Of a stretch of DNA of 64,000 nucleotides, positions 1-14,810 are shown in pieces. The stretch's first letter is position 1. Every line of letters starts with the position of its first letter. The notes under the pieces were generated by a model that ran no database searches, was not told where the DNA came from, and saw only the letters and a list, made by a program, of their open reading frames with translations. The position numbers and the translations under genes were made by a program. The DNA comes from Chrysomallon squamiferum (lineage: Eukaryota > Animalia > Mollusca), in the NCBI GenBank assembly GCA_012295275.1, contig CM022677.1:14508001-14572000 (forward strand), read 5' to 3'.

Positions 1-556
1 TATAGTGGGCTTGAATTTTGAATAATACTATCTCTGAACATAGTACTTGAACTCTGAATAATACTATCTCTGAACATAGTACTTGAACTTTGAATAATAC
101 TATCTCTGAATATAGTGCTTGAACTTTGAATAATACTATCTCTGAATATAGTACTTGAACTCTGAATAATACTATCTCTGAACATAGTGCTTGAACTCTG
201 AATAATACTATCTCTGAACATAGTGCTTGAACTCTGAATAATACTATCTCTGAATATAGTGCTTGAACTCTGAATAATACTATCTCTGAATATAGTGCTT
301 GAACTCTGAATAATACTATCTCTGAATATAGTGCTTGAACTTTGAATAATACTATCTCTGAACATAGTGCTTGAACTTTGAATAATACTATCTCTGAATA
401 TAGTGCTTGAACTTTGAATAATACTATCTCTGAATATAGTGCTTGAACTCTGAATAATACTATCTCTGAACATAGTACTTGAACTCTGAATAATACTATC
501 TCTGAACATAGTGCTTGAACTTTGAATAATACTATCTCTGAACATAGTGCTTGAAT
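1..556. repeat. 36-bp minisatellite, ~15 copies (consensus CATAGTGCTTGAACTCTGAATAATACTATCTCTGAA), may continue past the window start
   Basis: Units start at 39, 75, 111 and so on, head-to-tail, with only a few variable positions and no spacers. Confidence 0.97.
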
Positions 557-1171
557 GTTAAATACACAAATTCAACTTGTTTTGTTTTCCTCTGTGGCTG
601 GTACATGGGATTTGACAGGATGGGATGACACTCAACCCTGTGGCCTAGTCCACTGTCTTATTTGAGTACCGTGAATGGGATTAGTGATTTATTTATGACT
701 TCCACAAGATGGATAGAACCATGTGTGTGTGTATGAGTGCATGTGTGTATCAGCAATAGTAATAATTTCTACTCTGATAATAGGGTGGCTGTGTGTGAGT
801 TAAGAAATATTTGGTTATCAGTTTATATGTTTAAATGCTTTGTACAAAATACTCAGGCCTGTTTTATTTAAATTTAAGATTGAAACTGATGGTGCCCTTA
901 GTCTTTGTTTATACCACCAAGGGTCACTACTCTGAGTTAAAGAGCTTGTATACTGGTGGAAACTCATTAGGTAAGCTTGACATAATAAATTATTTTTATA
1001 TTTTTCAGTAAAAAAAAAATGCTAATTTTTATAAAATTAAATTAGATTTTAATACAAAATAATTAGCACCAAAACTATCAGCAGCAATATGTAATGTGGT
1101 GGTGATAGTAGAAACTGTGATGTTGTAATAGTAGCATCAGCATCAGCAGTAGTAATAAATAAATAAATAGT

Positions 1172-1240
1172 CTAAACCTAACCCTTACCCTAGTCTTAAC
1201 CCTAACACTAATCCTAACCCTAACTCTAACCTAAGCTAAT
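1172..1240. repeat. Degenerate interstitial (TAACCC)n telomere-like tract
   Basis: ctaaaccctaacccttaccctagtcttaaccctaacactaatcctaaccctaactctaacc: about 11 imperfect hexamers. Confidence 0.7.
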
Positions 1241-1628
1241 CCAATGGTAAAAATAAGAAAAACAGGAATACTAAATAAAAGGTTTTATTATTGTTAATGT
1301 TGTTGTTGCACTGTTTTCATTTTAAATTATTTATATAAACTTAATTAATTTTAAGGTTTCACTGTCAAGAAGTCAGGGGAGAAAATTGAATCATCTTGTA
1401 ATTGTCTCTTCAGCTTCCTGATTTAACTGACAGCACTTGGAGGACATCCTGGTAAACAGTTATAGTTATTTTTTTATTTTAACATTTATATGATTCATAT
1501 TTATTGAAATTTATCATATCATTTATTTATTTATTTATCTTCCTCTAGGAATGCTGGGTAATATGAAGTGCTGTCCAGCCAAAGTATATGTATGTGCTGT
1601 ATTCTGTGTTTGAAGATTTTTGTTTTTT

Positions 1629-1630
<2 letters not shown>

Positions 1631-1682
<52 letters not shown>

Positions 1683-1806
1683 TTTTTGATAAATATTTTT
1701 AAACAGTTATTATTATAACAAATACACACACACATATGAATGTATTTTGAATCTATATGAAGCTATGTATGTATTTAGAAATAAAAGAACAAGAAAATAG
1801 TTATTA

Positions 1807-1853
<47 letters not shown>

Positions 1854-2258
1854 TGTGTGTGTGTGAGAAAGAGAGGAGGAGAGAACTTAATAAATATGAA
1901 ATGATTAACATGAAATAACATTTCTCATTACTTAACATGTATATCTCAACTTTTGTATCCAGTTTTAATATCAACTTTTACATTAATTTCTGAAACTTAC
2001 CTTTCTTTTTAATGTAAAGAACAAGATATTTCCTTCTCACATATAATCAGGTACTACTGCTACCATTACTGCTACTGCTTGAATTTTTCTGCATCCAGTG
2101 GAATAGAATGGAAACTGATGTCTGATTCTGTATCTGTAGACAAGGCTATAGATTACTTCAACAGAGTAGAGGTATTCCATTTAAATCATCAGTGTTTGAT
2201 TAATTATATATAAATGTCATTTGATTTACCTGCTACTCCCAATATGTCAGCCTCTCAC

Positions 2259-2318
<60 letters not shown>
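1631..2318. repeat. Cluster of intronic (GT)n microsatellites (~1631-1678, 1808-1865, 2266-2318)
   Basis: Directly visible. Further (GT/AC)n runs at ~5200, 10380, 17547, 24532, 46140, 46985, 58328 and 59070. Confidence 0.95.
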
Positions 2319-2323
<5 letters not shown>

Positions 2324-4217
2324 GTTACATCTGCCTAGTCCTATTAACTATATATCTATTTACCAGTGTATGTCTACAATAACCTGTCTGTCTGTCTGTT
2401 GGTCTACATCATCAACCTATCTATCTACCCAATATCTACCAGTCTCTAAATAATGTTACTTTCTAAATAAATATATCTATGTACCTCTGTATTTGTTTGT
2501 TTTATATTTGTCTGTCTTTCTAACATGCTGTCTGTCTTTATGTCACTATCTATATGTATGTATGTCTAAACATATAATCTGTAAATATCTGTTTTGTCAA
2601 TTTTTTCTGTAAATATTTCTCCCAGCTGTAACATTGTTCTTTAACACTAACACTTATTATTATGAATAATTAAAAAAATGTGTTTTTTGTTATCTAGGCT
2701 AAGATATTTAGACAGTCATTCATAATGTCAAGAATTAACATAAAAGTTGATGATGTTAAAAGTACAGAACTGGAGATAAAAGTCAGGTATAGTGACGATG
2801 TCATAGTCTTTTTATTTCTCTCTCACTATCTCTAATTTTCTCTTAGCATCTCTGATTTTCTCTTTCACTTTCTTTGTTTCTTTCACTGTCTTTACCTGTT
2901 CACAAAGTGTATGTGCACAATTATGATACCTAGTTGTGTCTGTTGTACATCTGATTTAACAAAGTAGTTGGTTTTTGCTTTGATAGAAGGAACACATATA
3001 AAAAAAAGATGTTAAAACAATTAATGGTAATTGATAAAACAAATTTTAAAATTTAAAAAGAAGTCCTTTCATTTGTAATTATATATATTGGTATCATCTG
3101 CTTATAAAATTTTGTCATTTCTTTTTGTAAAATGGACAGGAATGAAAGCTTATCTTTAAATAAATGTGAGTTTTTGATAGCCATTGTTTTTTTCAAACTA
3201 TATAAATAAAGGAATGAATGTTTAAGAATGAAAAATATATCAGCTACTGGTTGACAAAGATAAATAATACAAACTGTACAAACCAATACCTAATTACATT
3301 AATATTAAATATTGGAATGTTTTTCTCAGACAAGAAGTGGAGAAGAGGATGAAGATTCAGTTCATCATGAACTAATCCTGCAGAACACAGAGGAGTCATG
3401 GAAACTTCACACTTACAGATTAGCTCACCCTATGTACACTGAAGTAGAATGTGGTGACAGTGAGTGTGTAGCTTATCTGATGAAAGAAAATTGTTTTCAA
3501 TTACAGTTCTATCAGGTACATTCTGAGAGAATAGTTTTCTCTTGTCCAGTTTTTGTATGAGGATAAATTATTAATAATATGTTCAGTATTTTCTGACATA
3601 TTTTCTTATGTTCTGCTTGTCTGATAATAAAGTCTGTTAATAATATATCCAGTTTTTTCCCTGGTTATAGAGATTAAGTTTTCTATGCCATTCTGTATTT
3701 TCTGATATAGACAATGTCAATTCAACTTCATAGAAAATGATTTTAAAAATGCTCTATAGAAAATTTCTGATACAAAGAATGTTAATTTCAACCATACAAC
3801 TTAACTGATGATTGTTGCCTCTATCCAGTGTTCTGATATAGAAAATAATACTTTCTACCATCCTGTTTGTATGCTTTTTTAATGCTCTAATCAACATTTT
3901 CTGATACACATAATTACATGATAAAATATGCAGTTAATTACACATACACTGATACTGATATTTATGTGCTGATAAAATACACAGGACCAAAGTTTATGAA
4001 GGAAATCATATTTTTTATTAGATTTTTGTTTTCAAACTGATCTTTATCTTTGATTTCATGGAAGTGTTTTTAATAAGAAGTGTTTTTGATATTATCAGTT
4101 ATTATTTATTAAATTTGTGTTCTGCACTGTATGTGGGTATGTAAGTCAGTATGTATGTTGGTATGTCTGTTTGTGTGTATGTGTGGGTTTTGCCTAAGTG
4201 AATGTGAGTCTGTGTAT

Positions 4218-4248
<31 letters not shown>

Positions 4249-5197
4249 GCTGTGTTTGTGTATTTTCTGTTATGTGAGTATTGTAATGTTTGTATGTGTG
4301 TTATTTTCTGTGTTTGTTTTGTGTCTTGGATGTGTGCTTATGTGAGTGCAGGCCTGCATATGTATGCACAAAATAGAAAATAAACTCAGCAAATAAAGCA
4401 TCAAATCAATTTATTTAGCAGACTTTAAAAAAAAAAAAAAGATTTCTAGATTAGTTTTTGATACTAGCTCCTTTTAAATAAAATAATTAAGTATCCAATG
4501 TTACAATTTAAAACAGGTAAAAAAATAAATAAATAAATAAGTGACAAATGTAGTTAAATTATAGTTTCATTTTACATTATTTTTGTTATTTGTTTATAAT
4601 GCACATGTAATTTGACAGTATCAGCATAATGTTTTTTGTAGCCATTTTTAATTAATTAATTTTTATATTTTTTACAATTTTGCTGTTGAATTTGATTTTT
4701 GTTAATGTTTCTTGGTAAATATAAAACAGGTATGAAATTGTGTTCAGGGTGTTTATTATTATTGATTTTGTTTCTAATTTGGGTGGGAAATGCATTTGCT
4801 TTCTTTCATTATTTCATATGTTTTAACAATTTAAAATTAAGTTGCAAGAAGTTTTATCTAAAGAGAGTTATTTCCCTTATGGTATGAAAAGTTACTACCC
4901 ATGGTCAGTTGCTCATAATAATAATAATAATAATAAAATAATTACTTACATTGATTATAACAAACTAGCAAATAAATGAATGAATAAATAAATAGTATTA
5001 ATTGGTTCTACTAAAACAGGTTTATTTCTGATGTTTGTAAATATATATATTTTGGGGGTATTTCTTTTTTAACTACATGTTGGGGTTTTGATTAAAACAA
5101 AAAAGGTCAAATTACAAAATAAAACTGGAATGATAAGTACACTTTGTGAAGCTAATAAGAGCATGGTAAAAAATGTGTGCAAATCCATGTTTGTATA

Positions 5198-5252
<55 letters not shown>

Positions 5253-8200
5253 ATTCAATATTTCACTCCTATTTTATTTTATTTTGATCATCTTCCTTAT
5301 TATTTTTTTCTCTCTCTCATTATATCTTTCTTGCCGGCTTCATCTTTGTCTCTCTCTTTCTCATTCTTTTAAAATACTATAAAATTCTATGACAATCTGT
5401 TTTGAGAAATTTTACTTGGTAACTGTTTATTTTTTATTTCAGGCAGTGTGTGTGAGAAAAAACTAAATGGAAAGTGTTATATGGTAGAGGAGCAAGAGAA
5501 CATTTGTGATATTTTCTCATCACACAAATATGTTAACACACCACACCTAGATCTGTACCTGCTGTCTTCTGTACAGAGAAATATCTATTTAACTTACACT
5601 TGTTGTTTAGATGTTATAATTACTAATGTGATATTTATTAAAATAAATATATTTTTTTTATATTTTCTATTGCTGCCTTGTTTTTCATTATTAATGTATT
5701 TTTAAGATAAATTTGAATGAACTGTTACGAATGCAATAAACATCTCTACCAAAACTTTTATTATTAATATTAATATTATTTTTGTTTTCCCCCAAATTAA
5801 GAATATATCAGATATTTTTTTAAACACTGAGAAAAGTAAGTTAATCTCGAATGAAATTCCACGTTTATTCAATAATATAACTGATAATCTCTAATTAATG
5901 TAATTTTAATGTCTCATATAAATAATACAGACGTTATAAAACTTGCGTCTTATTTTGTTATCGATGGGTAACATTATCAGTGTAAACAGCGATATTCTTT
6001 AGTTAAATGTGGTTTTATAAAAGTTCACGATTTCTCATGTAATTATATTATAAATGAACCAATTAATTATTATTATTATCATTATTATATATTTTTAAAA
6101 AAAGAAGTATTTAATTTTTATCTCGACAGAAACAATACACTAAGAATAAATATGATTTCTCTGATAACTTTACGAGGCCTAATAAAAAGTTCGAAGTAAT
6201 TTTTATATCCGCACTCAGAACAGTTCTAATGAAACTAAGAGAATAGCGTCAAACATATATAGGAAGCTTCCGTTTTTACAGAAAAATAAAAACAAAATAA
6301 AAAATAAAAATATTAAAGTGTTATTATTACTGTTGTTATTTAGCTGTTGACAAATATGGTGTCTGCTTCACTGACTCATTGATACTTATTGGTGGAGTGG
6401 TTATATTAATATCTAATGTAATAAGAGAACTTCAGGTATTATAAGAAATATAAAGTATATTACACTATACAACTTGCGCTGATGTACACCTTTTAATTAA
6501 TGTAATGAAAAAATTAAAATTCGCATAATAAAATAACATGTTAACCTTGCTTGTTCTCAGCTAATCAGTACACACTATTATGATTCTGATATTTTTCAGT
6601 ATAACCTGATGTAACAAACTATAATTAATAAAATATGAGATTAACAATTCGTCAACATACTTAACCTACAAATTAAATATCACTGCTCATAATTAATTCT
6701 CATCTTTTTCTTTTTATAATTAAACCCCTTATTTTCATAACGCCATGCAGAATTATTTATAACTGTCAGTAATGTCTAATATTATAACTATAGTTGTCAG
6801 TATTTTCTGTAGTGTACATAATATTTAAGTTCCACGTACAGTAAAATTACACCTTTCTGTTATACGATGTAGAATTAGCAAAGTAAAATATCACATCACG
6901 TTTAATAAAATGGACATTTCAAAGCGGTATCTGAAGTTAGCACAATGTTCTGCTGTGTGGTTTTTCAGTGAAACATGTTTCTAGTGTTTATAAAATGTTA
7001 CACTAGATGCGCCCTCTTTATTTCTCGATATATTTTTGAGTCACATACAAAGCTACTGTTATTTTAAAAAATTACAACACGGAAGTTCTATCTATATTTC
7101 TGAATGTTCACAGTGAAATCATACCTGTAATTATCAGTGTTTTGTCGTATAACTAACTGAATATCATCTCATTCACGAAGGATAGTTGAGAAATTTAGAA
7201 ATAAAGAGGCCTTCCAAATTCCTAATTGCTCTGTTACTATCAAAATCAGCATTGGTTTTTAGTTGCATCTCAAATGATAATTAAATATTGATTTTCTTTT
7301 TGTAGACAGGTGTGTATTGAAAAGCTGAGGTTACACTTGAAATATTAGCAAATAATTAATTATATATGAAGTGATATTCATCTTGATATTTCTAGTTGAG
7401 AAGTATAGTGAATATTCAGGAATAAAATATCGCAACCAGATAAAAATGTTATTTCATTAGCAACTGTGATATTAATGTGATTTTTCTCAACGTAATTTAT
7501 GTTGTGTTTACTACATCAGGTCAGAATAATTATTTACTCAGCAAAAATAACGTAGTGTTTTTAAGACAATGTTATTATTTTTTTAGAGACATATCTATAT
7601 ATATATATATATTTTATTATAGCACAAAACATATTTATAATTAGACATGTAGTGCAGACACTTTTTTCTAAACTAAAAAAAAACGTAGCTAGTCTGGAAG
7701 GATATTCATAGTTATTCAAGATATCGGCGGACTTCTCTTACAAATTACACGGTTGGTGTCACCGCTACTCTCTAACTATGAATGTTCTGTGTAACACAAT
7801 GTAACGAAAATCCCGTGTAAACTACTACTCAAAAGTGCACACGTTTTTAAAATTTATTTTTATAACTCAGTGGTAAAATGAACAGTGTAAATAGCGTTAT
7901 ACTTAAGTAAAACTGACACCTTATTTTTGCTTGTTTATAATTATGTAATGTTATATAATTTATTCGTGAAAATAGCGGTATCCTTAATTTAAAATATCAC
8001 CTTATTTTTACTTGTTTATAATTATGTGATGTTATATGATTCATAGTGTAAACTGCGCTCGTTTTACAAAATAAATGTGATAACTGTATACATAATGGAA
8101 TATCATTTAAGTTTTCTTCTATTTTTCATAAATAATAATAATAATAATAATAAATTAAAAATTAAAATGAACTGAAAGTACGCTCTGTATTTCCCAAATT

Positions 8201-8995
8201 AAGGGTATTCTGCACAATCGATGTTCTTACTTGAAATTATCATTTTAATCTAGAGTGTAATATAATTTATGACGTTAATGTTGCGCGACGGCTACATTAC
8301 TAGAAATATTAACAATAAATTTTAATACAGGACACTGATTGCAGTACTTAGTAAAAGGCAAAATAATATTTTTTTATTTTTTTCATACCATGTTTTCAGA
8401 CGTATATCAAAGATTGGTATATTCCTGGACAGTAATAAGCAAGTTATTGTAGTGTAAATTGTAAGCTTTGTGATTTTATTTGGTGCATTAATATAAATAA
8501 TGAGAAGAAAGAAAAAGTAGGGGGGGATAACAACACCGTATATTTGAAGATCACGGTAAACGATTGGTTAATAATGAGATAAAAAAAAAAAAAAAAAAAA
8601 AAAATTAAAAGAAGAACCACATCGATTTATATTTAGTACGTATATTTTAATAACGGTTGTTATGCTCCTTTATTTTATTTTATTTTTATTTGTTTTGAAC
8701 ATTATTTTTATTTTTGTTTTATTTATTTATTTATTTTTTTTTTTTTTATTTTTAGTGTAGTAGTTGCGGAAAAGTGCGGGATGATTATCGGTCTTCACGG
8801 ATTTACCTTCTTAATTGACGTTCGAAGAATCTTCTACAGAATTGGGGTAATCGCATTATCATTTCATTTTGTGAAGGAGACAGGTATTACTATTTATTAT
8901 TATAATTGATAATGCGTTATGATTTTTTTCGTTTTATTTAATTATAATTTAAAAGTCATAGACAAATGATGGCAGCCATATTATTTGGGAACAAT

Positions 8996-9027
<32 letters not shown>

Positions 9028-9265
9028 TTTATATTTTTTCAAAAAACGACACTCGATTAATAATAACATTCACCAGTGGTTGTACTAATGTGAACAGCAT
9101 AAACAACATTATATAAAGTCTCATATTTTGTTTTACCAATCAAGATGTATAAGCCCATCGGGGGCAATTTTGAGTGGCCAGTAATTAAATTTGTTTTAAA
9201 ATAAACTGACTTGTTTAGCACACACCAAAGGAAACACCACAGAACAACTTACAGAGAATTTTAAA

Positions 9266-9296
<31 letters not shown>

Positions 9297-10377
9297 TATT
9301 ATTATTTTTTTAAATAAACTAATAAAACTATTAAAAGAAAATATGCTAATTTTGTTTGACAGGTTGTTTTCTGTCAGTTTATTTATGATACACACACACA
9401 CACATACACACAAATAATTTGTTATCCTCAGTGATAACTGTTCTTTGTATCCCTTCTTTTCTTAATGTAAATTTTATTTTATTAATCAACATTTTGTTTT
9501 GTTTTGTTGTATTTCCTTTTTGTTTTTAATCATCTTATTATTATTACTAATTTTTATTATTTTGTGTTTTATTTTTTATTATTATTATTTTTTTAATCTT
9601 TATTATTATTATTCATTTTATTTTTCATTATTAATATTTGTTTATATTTGATGTTTTCTAGGTCATGCGGAGAAAACATTCCAAATTTATTTAAAGATGC
9701 TTCTATGAAAAATCAGATCTGAGTGAAATATTTTATAAATTTCTCATCCAGCTACACAATCACTGACCAGAACCACTGAGTAGAGTGCAAGTGCTGCTGG
9801 AATCCTATAATATGGATATATCAATGGTTTACATTCAGCATAGACAGGAGCAAGAAGGAAAGGGCAGAGTGCCATTGAAGTCTGCTTTTTTGTGAAAACA
9901 AGCTGATGCTAGTAAAAAGACTTCATCTGCTACGCTGTCAAACAAAACAACTTGGCAGATGACTGGATTGGCTGTGTGCAAAGACAACAGCCAGGAAGTT
10001 GAGCAGCAGGTAACATCTGAGCTTGCCACTCTGAGAATGAAGCTGGATGAGAAGATAAAGAAAAGAGAGAGAAGAAAACAAAGGCTGTAGCTGCAGCATA
10101 ACAAGATGAGACTCAGGAAGGCAGTGTCCATGAGAGTGATATCTCACCACATTGACGATTCAAATGACTGGACTAGTCCTGTACCTGATTTAGAGTGGTA
10201 CCAATGCACCCAGCTCCCTGTCCCCTACTTCATCATCACAAAAATCCAGGCCATTTTCCAGAGAAGGGATACAAGAGACTATTGATAATGTGAATCAACA
10301 GTCTGGTGTCAAGTGATGTGTCAGGCCTGTGTTAGAATGTTTTCAGAAACCTCTCAACAGTGGCAGGGTATGTTCTT

Positions 10378-10425
<48 letters not shown>

Positions 10426-11211
10426 CATGCATTTGTATGTGTGTGTTTGTGTGTGAGAGAGACATATTGCATGAATGATAATAAGCAAACAAAAATGCAT
10501 TTATCAGACAAATGTAGATTGACAAAAAATATAAAAAAGTGTCATGTTCATGTTGGAACTGCTAATATCTTTGTTTACCAATTAATGATAAATCTTTTAT
10601 ACAGGTAATTGCTGTAATTGTTCAGTTGCTGTTTAGAAAGGGAATTTACGTCATGGAGAAGGATGAATCAGCTGTACAGAAACTGCAGACTGCTAGTTGT
10701 AAGTTTTTTATCTTATTTTTATTTCTTAGAGAAAGTGAAATAAATTTTATAGTAACAACTCTTTACTGATTTAAAAGTAGCATAATAAAAATCATTGTTT
10801 TGTTAATTAATTAAATTAATACCATTATCATCATTATCATGATTATACAAAGTATATCAAAAATATTCCACACCCCTTTGTGTCTGAATAATCGAGTAAC
10901 TGATACCAGTAAAATTTTAATTTTAATAATAACAGAAACATTAGTTATTTATTTGTAACAGTTTATTATTTCTATTATTTTATTATTATTTTTTTATTTC
11001 AGATGGCACATAATTGAATGCTGATATTTGCTAATGAAGTTGTTTCAGTAGAAGATGCTGTCCAGTACTGAGGATAAAGTTTGTACTGCTGCCACTGGAA
11101 AAGAGAAAAAACTGGAACAGGTAAATTTGAGTTTGTTTTCTTATGTATTTCTCATTATTCTAAACCTAATGTTGTTTAATTTAATTTAACATAGGAAGTT
11201 CCATTTTATAA

Positions 11212-11323
<112 letters not shown>

Positions 11324-12529
11324 ACTTTTATACAAACCTGATTATTTTGTTGTAAATTTCTCATCTGTGTCTTCCTCATCTTTCTCTGGTATCCCACTAA
11401 AGATTAAATTGTCACACATGAAGCGAGTTTGTAGGTTATTTGTTCTTAAGTTTCCAAACTCAGTTTTTAATTCACATATTTTTTGTTTCACACAGTTATT
11501 ATTATCTCTCATTTCATTGGGTAGAACTGTTCATATCTGACACAATTGATTTCAAATCTCCGAGATCTTTTTATTGCTTTCAAACTGTGATTGTAATTCA
11601 TACTTTTTTCTTAATATCAATCATTTTACCACTGATATCTTGTATTTAATTCCATACTATTCAGTTTTATTTTTATTGCTTTCAAACTGTTAGTGAATGT
11701 AATTCATATCTTGTACTTTTTTCTAAATATCAATCATTTCACCACTGATACATCAATTTAGTAATGGTTTAAGCACCAACAAACCTTGTAATAACTTTCT
11801 AATCAGGGTATCTAATTATATACTGACATCTTGAATGTGCACAAACTGGTGAAATTATCCCAGAATACTGACCCTGGTATTGTCCATACTGTGACTGCTG
11901 ACACTATTGAACTGGTGTTGACTGATAAAATGGTGCAGATGAACATCTCGTTATTCTGTGTATTTGACATCCTTGTAATAGCGACTTCTTGACCAGCTTG
12001 GTTACTGCTTACCCTTATTTTCTGTTCACTTTCTCAACTTACAGTTTTACTCTTATTTTTTCTCTTTTTACCTTTTATATTTTATGTTGAATACTCGCGT
12101 ATATTTAGCAATAATTTACATTGATAAAAGCAGATAAAATACTTTTAATACTAATAAACATTATATATTTTCACAGAGAGATGAGAGAATGCTTTCATTT
12201 CCATGCATGTGTTAGTGGGAAGTAATGGTTACTCGTGTTGGGAACATTAAACGACCACACAAAAAAGATCAAACAGAACTTGAAGAGTCCAAGTAAGTTA
12301 ACACTGTCTTTTCTTTTTCCTTTCACATGTGTCACCTCTTTAACTGACAAAGATGATACTTGTATAAAAATTAAGGTAAAAAATAATTAGAATGTACTAT
12401 TTTTGTCATTACTAGCATTTTTTATTTTTTATTGTTAGCCCTTATCAGATATACATTGATGAAAAAGGCTGTTAATTCAGATATTTTGTAAGAAAAAATA
12501 ATGTAAATTATTTGTTTGTGAATTAAAAG

Positions 12530-14810
12530 CTCTTAAGAATGTATTCATATCTTGTCACTGATGCTACTTAATTATTGTGTTGGGGTTTAAAATGCATTTT
12601 TATATTAGTGTTTCAACACTAAAGAAGACAAATTATAAGGTGAACATTCTATTATTTGTTGTTTTTAGGTTGTAGTAGCTTGTGTGTGTGTGTGTGTAGT
12701 GTTGTTTGGGTTTTGGGGTTTTTTTTTAATTAAAAATATAATCTCTATAACTACTGTTTTATTTATTTTTATTAATTAACAATGAGTTAAATTTTGTTTG
12801 TCCAGGATCAAAAATATCCATGTCTATGTGTGGATTGAATGCTCCTATAAAGGTTTGTTTTATTCATTCACTTTTGTGTTTTATAGCTCATTTGATTAAG
12901 GATGGATTTAATTAAAAGTAGCAGAATTTATTTTTATGCACAGAATAGTATTGAAAATTTTATATAAATTTCTCACAAATGATGTTTACTTTAGATAGTA
13001 TAGAACCAATTTAGTAATGGCATAAAATACTTTTTTGTGGTTTGAATTAATTATATCATCTCATTTTAAAATCATAGCAGTTAATTAATTAATTAGAATT
13101 CTCTTGATCTTTTCAGATTAAAAGATTATTATTCTGGATAAGTTTATTGTTGTAGCCAGACTGTAAACTTTTATTTTGAATCAAATCTAAAATTAGAATC
13201 AGTTCTATTCTGTCCCCCCAAAAATCAGTTGTCCTTTATTGTGTGATTTTTGACAATGAATTATGATCAGCAAGTCTGGTTATACCTTGGTCATTTTCAA
13301 GATGGTATTAAATGCATTTCTATCTGGTTTTGGGGGTTAGAGTCATCTGACTGTGTAATTATGTCTGTATTTTGTATACTGAATCCCACCGTACAGGTTT
13401 GAGCAAACAACTGATTAAAACATGTATAATTACATGTAACATGACATGATATCTTCAGTCCTAGTTTTCAGTTATGTCTATTGAAATCATTGAGTGTTTT
13501 TGCATGTATGTGCATTTTATTTATACTGACTTTTTATATTATGCTGAGGTTTTCTTATTTCAGTCTGTGCAGACATTAGTTAAATTAGTTCAGGAAACAC
13601 GTTTTGTGTTCAGCAGTTCATGTTGCATCCATCATTTTCCTTAACTAGCAAAATATCAGCAATATCCAGATTTGTTTTACCATTAGGACAACTGTCTCAA
13701 CAGTATATTTTTATTTCAGTTCACCAACTTATCAGATGAAGACGTCAAAGTAAGTACATTTTTATTCTGCATTTACTTAGAATTTTACTTAAAGATGTGA
13801 TTTATTTGTGATTTTAGATTAATGATATCACAATTTATGTCTTGAGATCTTTCATTGTGATAAACAATACGTGAAAAAAGATTATTATTCAGTTAGAGTT
13901 GGTTCTTTGTTTTGGACAGGGTGTATGCTTTTTAATTTTTATTAAATACAGTAATAATTCTTCTTTTTCCACATTTAGGTTTAACTTATTATACTAGACA
14001 ATCTTCACTGAGTTTAGTCTGAAAATAAAATAACAAGCTTATGAAAACAGATAGAGGCCTGATATTTTCCTATTTCAAAAAGTCATTTTTTAGACAGACA
14101 TGCTAAAAATCAAACAACATACACAAAATATATGTTAACACTATATCCTCGGTCTATCAGGAATTTTATGTTTCCTATTGACAAAATGATGTCAGAACTA
14201 ATAAAATGTATGCTTATTATTTTATAAACATACATTATTATTTTCAGTGTAATGACACTTGAATGTTAACAGTTAATGTCAGTGGAAAAGCCTTTTGGCA
14301 GCAATTTTACAGAAATAGGTAATGTTATTAGCAATTCTTAGTCAACAATCTATAAATTTTACAAATTTAATAACTGACAATTAAATATTAAATATGATTG
14401 GAAAGTAAAATGCAATTTTGTATTAGTTACTTAACTTTAAAGAAGACAATTTAAAAGGTGAAAGTTGCAGTATTTTTGTTTAAATTTGTTGTAGTAGTTT
14501 GTGGAGTTTTTTGTTTTGTTTTTTTAATTAAAAATATAATATGTACAACTGTTGTTTTATTTTATGTATTTTGATTTTTTTGGTCCAGGTTCTGAAAGCT
14601 CCATGTCTATGTGTGGATTGAATGCTGCTCTAAAGGTATGTTTTATTCATTCCCTTTTGTGTTTTATAGCTCATTTCATTAAGAATGAATTTAATCAGTT
14701 TATTTTAATGTACAGAATAGTATTGATAATTTTATATAAATGTCACATAAAGGATCTTGATATTTTAAATGTTATTTAGTTTAGATAGTAGTCGAATCAA
14801 TGCAATAATG
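12530..14810 (+). repeat. Internal direct duplication (~12530-13020 vs ~14380-14810) carrying a 47-nt exon
   Basis: Exon 12806-12852 (SKISMSMCGLNAPIK) and exon 14589-14635 (SESSMSMCGLNAALK) have homologous flanking introns. Confidence 0.85.

Larger units (their letters stand above)
879..5705 (+). pseudogene. 3' part of a decayed multi-exon gene of unknown family, possible C-terminal ubiquitin-like domain
   Basis: AG/GT-bounded exons 879-970, 1356-1451, 1549-1583, ~2051-2171, 2698-2786, 3330-3459 and 5443 onward; most junctions are phase-compatible (GGNSL|GFTVKK, GGHP|GMLGN, FNRVE|AKIFRQ, ECGD|SSVCEK). One in-frame TAA in the 1356 exon, a frameshift in the 3330 exon, and the 1583/2051 junction is unresolved. 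AATAAA near 5735. Confidence 0.5.

Noticed and set aside
1-556. 36-bp repeats as a CRISPR array
   Set aside because: Units are contiguous with no unique spacers, no cas genes are present and the context is eukaryotic.
11760-12040. Higher-complexity intronic patch as an exon or TE fragment
   Set aside because: No recognisable motif or consistent open frame on either strand.
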